Shown here in pieces: positions 1 to 10,235 of a stretch of 64,000 nt of DNA; position 1 is the first letter of the stretch, and each line of letters begins with the position of its first letter. Made by a program: the position numbers and the translations under genes. The DNA is taken from positions 102,238,001 to 102,302,000 of the forward strand of contig NC_043000.1 in the NCBI RefSeq assembly GCF_006345805.1, written 5' to 3'. Source of the DNA: Octopus sinensis. Lineage: Eukaryota. Under the pieces are notes generated by a model. The model ran no database searches and was not told the origin of the DNA. It saw nothing but the letters and a program-made list of their open reading frames with translations.

Positions 1-149
1 TGTGTGTTTGTGTGTGTGCGTGTGTATGTATGTAAGTGTGTATATGTACACCGATGGTTTCGTGCGTTAGCACTTATCAATCATATAATTATATTTTCAG
101 TTTTATTTGTTCAGTTTGCATCAACGTTTCTATATACATGTATATATAT

Positions 150-915
150 AGATAAAACTTACTTGGAAATGAATGCGTGGCGTTCAATCATATAATAATA
201 TAAATAATATATATACATATGCATGTATACATACATATATGTACATACTTACATATATATGTATATAGACATGCATATATGGGTACAGGACGTCATAGAA
301 CGTAAACAACATGAAATACAAAATACGAAAACCTGAAATACGAACAAAGAAAAAAACAAATGGAAAACAAGACAAGCAACATATAGAACGACCCTTCATC
401 AATTTTCGGCTGTTTTATGTACTCCACATTTTGAGCATTTACGACAAGATGTGCCTTCGTCAAAACAGTTGCTCCTGCAAAGCAAATTAAGTAAAATTTA
501 GGATTTGCGGAATGTCAAAGTTGATAACAAACAAAGGACAGTGAAAACGGTAAGAGCTGTTAAGTCATGACGAGGTGAGGTGGGGAGCGCTGGAGAAGCA
601 AGCTTTGACAGAAGACAGACAAGGATCGGATGAAAAGAAAGAAGTTCAAGTTATGAAAAGCAAGATAACCGATGGTCACGTGTGCGCAACGAGAGAGTAA
701 AGGGGGAAGAGTGAGGAAGAGAGAGGGACAGATAGAGAATGGTGAAGGGGAAAGGAAAAGAATTAGAGAAAGGATGAGAGAGAAAAAAGCTAAAGGGGGA
801 GAAGAGGAGAATAAAAGAATTAGAGAAAAGAAGAGAGAGGAGACGAAAGAGAAATAGAAATAGAATAGAACATATATCGCATCAAAATTATTAAGATAAA
901 ACTTACTTGGAAATG
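150..915 (-). mobile_element. Non-coding Penelope-like (pLTR-type) fragment bounded by a 22-bp direct repeat
   Basis: AGATAAAACTTACTTGGAAATG occurs at 150-171 and 894-915. The body is homologous to 2148-2480 (ACTTACTTGG...CAGTCATA...GTAYAGGAC...CCCTTCATCA). It carries a hammerhead-like motif at 410-468 on the minus strand. PLE assignment is an inference. Confidence 0.5.
410..468 (-). ncRNA. Degenerate type I hammerhead ribozyme-like motif
   Basis: Minus strand reads CTGTT-TTGACGA-[AGGCA..TGCTC stem II]-AAAA (GAAA with CpG-type G>A)-[TGT ggagt ACA stem III]-TA-AAACAG (stem I). Confidence 0.45.
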
Positions 916-1206
916 GATACGTGGCTTTATATATGTGCAACTTTTTTACTAGTTTCAGCTCCAGAACTGCGGCCATGCTGGGCACCGCCATTAACTTTGT
1001 TACACCATCACTACTTGAAACCTCTTCTGATGTGTGTGTGTGTGTGTATTTATCTTTATATATTAGGTTTAGATAATACTTTGATATTAGTGTTTAGTGT
1101 GGAGAGCTTCTGGGGCATATATAAATGCATAAATAGATATCAATGTAAGTAATATAAACACTATCGAACACACATGCATAATGTATGTGTTCTGCCAGTT
1201 GGAGGT

Positions 1207-1274
1207 CAGGCTGCGATTATAGGCGCAACAGAATATATTCTCATCAAATCACCTACGCCTATAATCCCAGCCTG
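1207..1274. repeat. 19-bp inverted repeat with a 30-nt loop holding a hammerhead 5' half
   Basis: Arms CAGGCTGCGATTATAGGCG and CGCCTATAATCCCAGCCTG. The loop on the minus strand reads TTGATGA-GAAT-AT-ATTC. Confidence 0.7.
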
Positions 1275-1347
1275 CTCACGAAGTGGAAAAACATACCGTG
1301 TGTATGTCTTCGATATTGCTTATATCCCTCGGGCTGCTTCTCGTTCC

Positions 1348-1382
<35 letters not shown>

Positions 1383-1610
1383 ACAAAACCTTGCAAAGTT
1401 AGATACCAATATCTTAGCCTCGTCCAAGCCTAATTAGGTTACCTATGAAGACAAAACCAGACAATACTAATGTGAGTGATCCCCCACAAACTGTGTCCAC
1501 AAATACTTTTCCCTTCACAAGAATGAAGGACGACTTAGAATAACGAGACATTCACAAACAAGCGTAACATATGTGTATTCCTATCATGTGTATGTGCGTG
1601 TGTACGTGCA

Positions 1611-1659
<49 letters not shown>

Positions 1660-2045
1660 TAACCATATGTATACATTTAGTGTGTATACTATTGGAAGCC
1701 TTCTAAACTGCGGTATTCATCTTGAGAAAGTATTTCTTACAGACATACTGTGTTACAAACTGCAGCAATGGGGATCCAGATTTCTGTTTAATCGTGAACT
1801 TCTATCCACCCTGCAGGCGAAATCCTGGATTCATTGATCTTTCAATAACCGTTTAACTAAGTCAGCTAGCAACCGATGTTATCTTGACTCGGGATGACAT
1901 GGATATTTACAACTAATGAACATAACGACCAGATGTTCTAATCTAGCAACTTCACCATCAATGCTAAGCGACCTTCGCCTGCTGCTTATATCACACACTA
2001 AGTATGTTTACAGATCACAAAATTTGAACTAATACTGTTCCTAAT

Positions 2046-2125
<80 letters not shown>

Positions 2126-2201
2126 ATATATATATATATATATATATACTTACTTGGAGAAAAGAAAAGAAACGAAACGACGCGAGGGCGCTCAGTCATA
2201 C

Positions 2202-2276
2202 AATAATTTAATAAATAAAATATATGCATACATACATACATATATGTACGTACTTACATCTACAATATATATATAC

Positions 2277-2323
<47 letters not shown>

Positions 2324-2680
2324 TATATGAGTATAGGACACCACAATTAGACGTAGAACTCAACGAGAAACGAAAACATAAAAACATGGAAACGGTCTTG
2401 TTTTAACAATGAAAAAACAGCAGAAGACAAACAACACGCTTGGAGTCGAACCGGGGACAGCTGATGAAGGGGGAATGTTCTTTGTGTTGTTTGTCTTTTG
2501 CTCTGTTTTTTCATTGTTAAAAAAGTCCGTTTCCATGTTTTTATGTTTTCGTTTCTCGTTGAGTTCTACGTCTATTTGTGGTGTCCTGTACTCATATATA
2601 TATGCATGTATATATACATGTAGATGTAGGTACGTACATATATGTATGTATGTATGCATATATTTTATTATTTAATTATT
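2202..2680. repeat. Long fold-back inverted repeat of a PLE-like fragment
   Basis: Arms 2202-2437 and 2484-2680 are reverse complements apart from microsatellite length. The 46-nt spacer has CTGATGA at 2461-2467. Confidence 0.9.
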
Positions 2681-2682
2681 AT

Positions 2683-2741
<59 letters not shown>

Positions 2742-2887
2742 TAAATATATTATATATATATATATTATATATATATATGTGTGTGTGTGTATGCGTGTGT
2801 GTGTGTGTGTGGTGTGTAGCTTAAAAACAGGATAAAATCTTCATAAGAATTTATCAAGTAGTTAGCGTGAAAAACCTCATAAGAGAA

Positions 2888-2952
2888 AAAATGCCACACG
2901 CTAGGAGGGACTCTTAAAGCCAAAACTACTAAAATATATCCCATCGAATGCA

Positions 2953-3021
<69 letters not shown>

Positions 3022-3236
3022 ACCATATGTATACATTTAGTGTCTGGAAGCCAGACATTTAAAAACAGAATTTAGCTGTATATCACCCGTGATTTCTCTG
3101 CACTGATTACGAAATCACAGGTGATATACAGCTAAATTCTGTTTTTAAATGTCTTGCTTCGAGAGTTGCATTCGGTGCGATATGTTTATTTATTTTAGTA
3201 GTTTTGACTTTAAGAGTCCCTCAGCATGTGGCATTT
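2888..3236. repeat. Fold-back inverted repeat with a hammerhead remnant at its centre
   Basis: Inner arms 3047-3096 and 3111-3160, outer arms 2888-2957 and 3161-3236. The left arm is interrupted by an insertion at about 2958-3046. Confidence 0.9.
3098..3131 (+). ncRNA. Minimal hammerhead remnant with stem II deleted
   Basis: CTGCA-CTGATTA-C-GAAA-TCAC-ag-GTGA-TA-TACAG: stems I and III pair, cleavage triplet AUA. Confidence 0.55.
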
Positions 3237-3280
3237 ATATGTAATAATGCCCTCTAAATAATATTATATATATATATATA

Positions 3281-3436
3281 CCGGAGTAAACACATAATTG
3301 TGAAACAAGGTGGAAAAAAGAGTACTCAAATACCAGTGGTAGAGTAATATGCTTTATTTAAAGCAGCAGAAAATTCAACAAAACGTGAAACTCAGAGTAA
3401 CAGGTTTTGTGGAATTTTCTGCTGCTTTAAATAAAG
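3281..3436 (+). mobile_element. PLE-like fragment with a 33-bp palindrome and a hammerhead 3' half
   Basis: Arms 3352-3384 and 3404-3436. The centre reads CGT-GAAA-CTC-A-GAG-TA-ACAG. Flanked by (TA)n on both sides. Confidence 0.6.
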
Positions 3437-3455
3437 TATATATATATATATATAC

Positions 3456-3494
<39 letters not shown>

Positions 3495-4130
3495 TATGTG
3501 TGTATGTACATATGTGTGTGTGTCTCAAAACATGCGCACAGACATACAAGTGTATTAAATCGGAGCTGTGTAATCAGTAGGTTTAGTATTCAATGTCTAC
3601 AGCTTTAAAAGACAGGTGTCTTTTTACCTAGGAATTGTAAGGCATGTAATTACAGAAATAAAAAGAAATTAACGGAGGTGCATAGTGATAAAATTATGCA
3701 ATGTATCTCATACATGTATATGTGCATGTGTATTTATACTTATGTGTGTGAATGTCTGTATATGTGTACGTATCTATGTATCTATGTAATATTCATGTAT
3801 ATATATATATATGTATGTGAATACTTAGGCTAACCATTCACATATTGGAGTGTGACTTTAGGATGCTGACAAATTCCCTTAAACAGATAGCTAGCTAGCG
3901 AGATAGATAGAGAGGGAGAAAGAGAGAGAGAGAGAGAGAGAGTGAGTGAGAGCAGGGGAGGAGGGGGAAGAGGAGGAGGAGGAAGAGGAGGAGGAGAAGG
4001 AGGAGAGAGGTCGGGCTCTTATGTAAGAATGAAGATGTGTACCAGTCATTATATATAGATTGATGATCGGATAAAGCGACATGCGCATTACACGCAATAT
4101 AAAGAAACTCTGTTCACACTTATTGAGTAT

Positions 4131-4200
4131 ATATACACATGCCTATATACACATGCCTATATACACATGCCTATATATACATGCCTATATACACATGCCT
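4131..4200. repeat. 14-bp minisatellite, 5 copies
   Basis: (ATATACACATGCCT) x5 with one variant unit. Confidence 0.95.
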
Positions 4201-4664
4201 ATATATATAATCAATATATATATACAATATATATATATATTATTATATATATATATATATATATACATACACACACATATATATGTTTATACATATATAC
4301 ATGTGTACGTTATATATGGTTGGTATAACTACGTTAAATAAGAGAGAAATATTAATATATGCAGATTAGCTAGAAAAAAAAAACAGCAGTGGGATGAAAT
4401 GCAGATACAAGAGTGTATGACTGCAATTTTCTTTTCTAGAAATACTTTCAGATATCTTGCTGTAGTTTATTTGAGAAAATGAGATCAATAAATGCATCAT
4501 ATATTATACGTTGCAGCATTTAAGATGAAATTTAAATGTGAAATGGTAAACTAAAATCAATTTGGGATAAATAGCAGAGTATGAAACTCTGCGTGTGATA
4601 AATTAAATAACGTGGGAAAGATGATAATAAATTTAATGAAGTGAATGTGAGTGTGTGTGTGTGC

Positions 4665-4710
<46 letters not shown>

Positions 4711-4835
4711 TATGCATATATAGACATTTGATTAGAATGCTACAATGTAAGAAGCTGTAGTTGTAGGCAATTATTAGGCTAAGGTTTTTAGTTATAAAAC
4801 TGTATATTCGTGTAGTCAAATAGCTGTACTATATT

Positions 4836-4935
4836 NNNNNNNNNNNNNNNNNNNNNNNNNNNNNNNNNNNNNNNNNNNNNNNNNNNNNNNNNNNNNNNNN
4901 NNNNNNNNNNNNNNNNNNNNNNNNNNNNNNNNNNN
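4836..4935. other. Assembly gap
   Basis: Exactly 100 N, a typical placeholder for a gap of unknown size. Confidence 0.99.
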
Positions 4936-6513
4936 TGTGTACCTGCTACACCTTTTGTATGGTATTCTATGTTAGTTTCACAGATATTTTCTCAATAATA
5001 GCCATTACAAAAGATTTTCAGGCGCTATTCTCACATCAAAGTAGAATAGACGGTAAAAAAAATACAGAGAAAAGATTAAAAAAAAGCTACGTATGATTTC
5101 AATATATTTATTGTTTATGTAGTTGTGTGTTATTATATTTATCACACTCCTGGTATAAATAATTGATAAGCAAAACAATATCCTTTCTATTTTAGTTATA
5201 ATATCATGACAGTAAATGCCATTTCATAATAGAAGACATTCTGATACACGAAATAAAACACTGGAAAAGCGAAGAGTTACTCAATTTATACGCCATAACA
5301 ACTAAACTTTAGAATATTCTATACTGGAGATTGTAACTCGTACGTAAACTGTCTCCATTGTCTGTTTCTCTTTCTATCTTCCACACAACTATCCCATTCT
5401 CTTTATCTATCTATCTATCTATCTATCTATGTATCTATCAATCTATCTATCTAATGCATGCATACATATATACAATCATATATCTATCTATTTATATATC
5501 TATCTATCTATTTATCTATCTCTATCTCTATCTCTATAGCTATATATTTATCGCTGCGGAAACTATAATTTGCTGGTCAATAATATTGTACACCGATAAG
5601 AAAAATGCTTCCGGACTATTTAGATTCAAAATATCATAGATTTGAATGTTTTATATCTACATGAGTTGTACTGTCTGAATGAATATTTAGTATGATAATA
5701 ATACACTGTAGGGAGATCACGATTATTTTATTGATATTAGCACAATGATTGTAGTGAAAAAAAAAATATTTCCAACTAAAACATACAACTAAACAGAAAT
5801 TCTGAGTTAATGCCTAAACGTCGTCACTAGAAAACACATCAATTACCCTCCACAAATATAGATTTCCATCCAAGCTAAATTGTGGAACGTGAAAAAAAAT
5901 GACGAAGTAAAATGAAAGATTACAACAAACCCTTTCTTTTCAAATGGCTGTATCATTCAACTGTGCTAGACCTCTTCACCATGGACCATTTTCATCTGAT
6001 AAATGCCCTTAAGTTTGAAACTTTATGTAATGAAATGTAAAGTGTTTGAACTATTATAGACAATAGGTTTACTGATCACCAAGTATAGGGCAATGGAGTG
6101 CATAATACATGTAGCAATTTTCATTTATTCTGAAGAAGCTGATAAAGCTCTCCGTCACTATTTGGATTTTCTTGATTCGTGTCCGTGTCGAGACCATAAA
6201 AGATTTTTTGTCGGATCTCTCGATGAATAAATGACAAACATTTTCCGAACACACACATATTCAAGATAGTAGAAGATTTGTCTGTGTGGTGGTGTGTGTG
6301 TGTGTGTATGTGTGTGTGTGGGGTGTACCTATACCTTTCAAAACATCGAGCAAGAAAAAACACCGAATAACACTCACTCTATATAGCTACCGTGTGGTTA
6401 AGAAATCCGCTTCACAACCATGCAGTTTCGGGTTCTGTTCCATTGCGCAATACCTTGAGCAGGTGTCTTCTGTTTTAACCCAGACTAACCAATGCTGTGT
6501 AATTGAAAATATT

Positions 6514-6563
<50 letters not shown>

Positions 6564-6564
6564 C

Positions 6565-6595
<31 letters not shown>

Positions 6596-6689
6596 ATCTA
6601 TCTATCTATCTATCTATCTATATTATCTATCTATCTAATATTCATATATATATAATATATATATATATATATAATATATATTATATATA

Positions 6690-7030
6690 TAGTAACACAA
6701 GGGATGAATTTCGATTATCCCACGTGGTGAGTTGTAATATATATATATATAAATGAAGAAGGAAAATGCACACACTTTACATTGTTTTAATATAATTTTT
6801 AATATATCTTATATCTTGTTTGTCGACCGGTTTTGCTAATTATGATATTAAAATTTATTTAAATACGTATTTTCTTAAGAAAATTTATTTTGTCCAATTT
6901 GTGTGTGGAGTTTATGAATGAATGATTCAACAAGTTAAAAAATCTGGTTATCGTTATTATTGTGGACAGGGGAGATAATTGTTCATCGTTCGGTGAGAGG
7001 GAGAATACATATATATATATATATATATAG

Positions 7031-7070
<40 letters not shown>

Positions 7071-7117
7071 GTATTTATGTATGTATTATATATGTATATA
7101 TGTGTGTGTATAAATAT

Positions 7118-7169
<52 letters not shown>

Positions 7170-7576
7170 AATTCAAAAACTAGAGTAGTGGGAGAAATAT
7201 GTACAGTAATGGGTAATGTAATCGTGAATGAAAATATATATAGAGATCAAAGTTGTTTATGCGTGCATATTTAGACGTTCTGCATTTTTCGATGAATAAA
7301 ATTTCTTTTATTTAAACGTTCTCGTAAAAAGATTGTATCTTTGCATTGGTTCAAGAAGAAAATTGTGAAATTTGGTTTGATGTTACCTGCACATCTCTCT
7401 ATGTGCTCACTTAAAGATATTTGTATTGTGTGAACCGGATCTACTCTTTATGTAGAGTGGTTCTCCGTCTCAGTGTCATACTTGTCTGTCCGATATAGTG
7501 GTGTCCACAACCCGAACTGGTTATTACATAGATTAGGTTCTCGGAAGCACAGGTTAAGTTGGTTTTAATTGTAAAC
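6690..7576 (-). mobile_element. 5'-truncated Penelope-like retroelement (endonuclease C-terminus plus 3' region)
   Basis: GIY-YIG remnant at 7275-7575, then non-coding 3' sequence including (G)AAA-CCGG-TC at about 6822-6837 on the minus strand. Embedded in (TA)n. Confidence 0.75.
7275..7575 (-). pseudogene. GIY-YIG endonuclease remnant of a PLE
   Basis: Hand translation: FTIKTNLTCASENLIYVITSSGCGHHYIGQTSMTLRRRTTLHKE*IRFTQY, a frameshift, then ISLSEHIERCAGNIKPNFTIFF..QCKDTIFLRERLNKEILFIEK. Shows the LIY..YIG motif and the conserved R and E. Absent from the ORF track. Confidence 0.9.
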
Positions 7577-7578
7577 CC

Positions 7579-7623
<45 letters not shown>

Positions 7624-7624
7624 G

Positions 7625-8187
7625 AATATGAGTGGTACAGTTCACTGGTGATCTAAACGAATAAGTACGCTAAGTGCTATAATCCGTTAGGTTCCAAGTT
7701 CACAGCTGAGGCTAAAGCCAGAGATCTGTATTAGGCTTCAAGTTAGCTGGTAGATATATTAGAGGAAAAAGAACAACAAAAACTAAGACAGGATGAATAT
7801 CTCAAGTCATTTAGTATGTTTACTTAGAGTAAGGTGAATTTGAAGCCTGGGATATCTAAAGTGATAGGCTAGTTTGTCCGTACCCTCTGGAAAAAAGAAG
7901 ACCTGCGAACATTATTCCCCTGTTTGTATTCTTCTATTTACTGTTTTACTTTTTATTCTTCTCTCTACTATTTTAATCCACATAACTGTGAATTTCCCTG
8001 TCTAGGACTTTCATACATACTCACCTTGTCTCTGATAACGGAATACCCAGTGCACGGACGTGCTAGCCTATCACTTGGGAAAACCCAGAAGCATTTATAA
8101 GACTTCAAATTCACCTTAACCTAAGTAAATATTCTAAATGACTGGAGATATTCCTCCTGCCTCGGTTTTGTTGTCCTTTTTGTTCTC
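7625..8187. mobile_element. PLE pLTR fold-back, same family as 37590-38030
   Basis: About 7762-7882 is the reverse complement of about 8055-8187. 7880-8187 is homologous to 37595-37885, and 7625-7760 to the reverse of 37885-38035. Confidence 0.8.
8028..8103 (+). ncRNA. Degenerate type I hammerhead with a long stem II
   Basis: GTCT-CTGATAA-[..CCCAGTG..CACTTGGG..]-GAAG-CATTTA-TA-AGAC. A paralog lies at 37731-37803. Confidence 0.55.
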
Positions 8188-8195
8188 ATATAATA

Positions 8196-8241
<46 letters not shown>

Positions 8242-8245
8242 TATA

Positions 8246-8278
<33 letters not shown>

Positions 8279-8363
8279 AATGTATGTATGTATGTATGTA
8301 TGTATGTATGATGTATGTATGTATGTATGCATAAGGAAAAATAAGATCCGCATTATGTATGTA

Positions 8364-8410
8364 TAACGATGAATAAGACCCGTCAAAGCGGGGAAACTCG
8401 TGAGTAGTTA
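8364..8410 (+). ncRNA. Hammerhead-like motif with intact stems and a damaged 5' core
   Basis: TAAC-gatgaataaga-CCCG-tcaaag-CGGG-GAAA-CTC-gt-GAG-TA-GTTA: stems I, II and III all pair, cleavage triplet GUA. Confidence 0.6.
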
Positions 8411-8829
8411 ACAGCGATCCAACAAATATCTGTAAATATGTATATATCGTTTATATATATATATATATTCTTATATATAAAAGTTAAATAATGAGGGTAG
8501 AAATTAATATTAATTTAATTGATATCAATGTAAACCAGTGACCTAGCATATTTAAAAAATCCGAAGATTAAAAATATTATATTACATATATAAAGAGGTA
8601 TGACTACCAGGTGGATTCCAAGAAGACCCCAAATGGTCTAACTATGAAGAAAATTGTCCTCAAGAAATTTCGGCAAACGACAGAACGTAAAGCGAGCAAG
8701 ACAAAAGAAAAGATACAAAATTTGGTGATGACCCACGTACCATGATTTCGTTGATATCATTTACATTACATAAATGCCCGCAACTCTTCAGTGCTACCGT
8801 CGACGGGAAATTCTATCATATACATAAAT

Positions 8830-9025
8830 GTGTGTGTGTGTGTGTGTGTGTGTCTTTGTATTTTTCTCCACCGCTTGACATTCAGTGTTTGCTTACGTAT
8901 CCCGTGGCCAAGCGGTTCGGCATAAGTACCAGATTTACAATAAATAACAGGATCGATTTATTGGACTAAACCCTTCGGTGTGGTGCCCGGGCACGGCCGC
9001 GGTTTCATTGATTGAAGCAATTAAA
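8830..9025 (+). mobile_element. SINE family A, 3' part
   Basis: Matches the tail of 43966-44460 (GCTTGACA..AGCGGTTCGGCA..ATAAGTAC..GGCCGC). Confidence 0.75.
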
Positions 9026-9561
9026 ATTTTAAAAAAGGTATAGTGTATATATTACATATCTAATGTTTCTTAACCTTAATGAAACTTTTTACCACCATAG
9101 AAGTCTCCACAGTCTCACTGCATGTTCGTCTGATTCTTAGCTTGTACATAAGCTTCTTTCACTAACAGTTCAGTTAATGTGAACAAATAATTAAAAACGC
9201 GTTAAATAACAAATTAGCGACACTTAGGCGTCGAGAAACAAAGCTGTAAGAGAATGGTTTATATCACTTTGATTTGTCTTCCGGCAAGTACGGGAGACAA
9301 CTCCACATATGTTTTGCTCATATAGTAAGATATCCTCTCGATTCCATTACATTGACGATAATTTTCAACCCTCATCTCGATAGTAGAAATAAATATGAAT
9401 TATTGGCTTATATTTTTTCATATAAACTGTAGCGAGACGGAGACGAAAATTCTATGCAGTGTTTTTACTAGTGCAATTTAATTGGCATGTTAAAGAATGA
9501 CGTTTGATGTCATTTTCTATCTCAAACATGCATTTACATATAATTTATAACTTTTCCTGCA

Positions 9562-9753
9562 AATTCTGGAATTCGGGGGCTGGGAAGAGGGTCTGTCTAT
9601 CAGATTACTCCCAGTGCTCAACTGGAACTTCTTGTATTGACTCCTAAGTGAAAGAAAGCCTAGTCGACCTTGATGGAATTTGATCTCTGAACGTAAAGTG
9701 CCCGAAGAAATACATTTTGTCAGACATGCTAACGGTTCAGCCAGCTCGCCGTC
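9562..9753 (-). mobile_element. SINE family B, diverged copy
   Basis: Reverse match to GGCGAGCTGGC..ACGTTCAGAG..AAATTCC..GGTCGAC of 11326-11560. Confidence 0.75.
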
Positions 9754-10235
9754 TTTTTTGAACGTTTAACATTGTTTGAATTAAAAGTCATACACGTCAA
9801 TTTATTGTGTGTGTGTGCGCGCGCATCTCTGGTTTATGATAGGGTAGAAAGTCTTCGATATGTATAATATTGTAGTATTACATAGGAACCGATATATACC
9901 AACACCAAATATTTATATTAAAAGGACTTAACTGTCAATAATTTGTGTATATATGTGAATGTCTGATAGCTTTAAAGGTATAAAATATTTAGATATTCCG
10001 TTGAAACTGAGCATAGAAAAATAAAGTGAGATGTGACTTTCAATCTAATAAAACGGGAATTCTGTCGAAAGTGAGTCGTGGAGTCTGTGTCCTGAAAACG
10101 AACCCCTTAATGACAGTATATACTAGTGTACAAAGTGTACAGAGTCTGCAACAAGAACGCTATTCTCAGGCACCCTCGGCAAAACAAGAACGTCAGAAGC
10201 CAAAGTGAAAGCTGCATAAAATAACTATTAAATTT

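Noticed and set aside
672-857. Charged E/K/R-rich ORF
   Set aside because: It is a purine-rich low-complexity tract inside a repeat.
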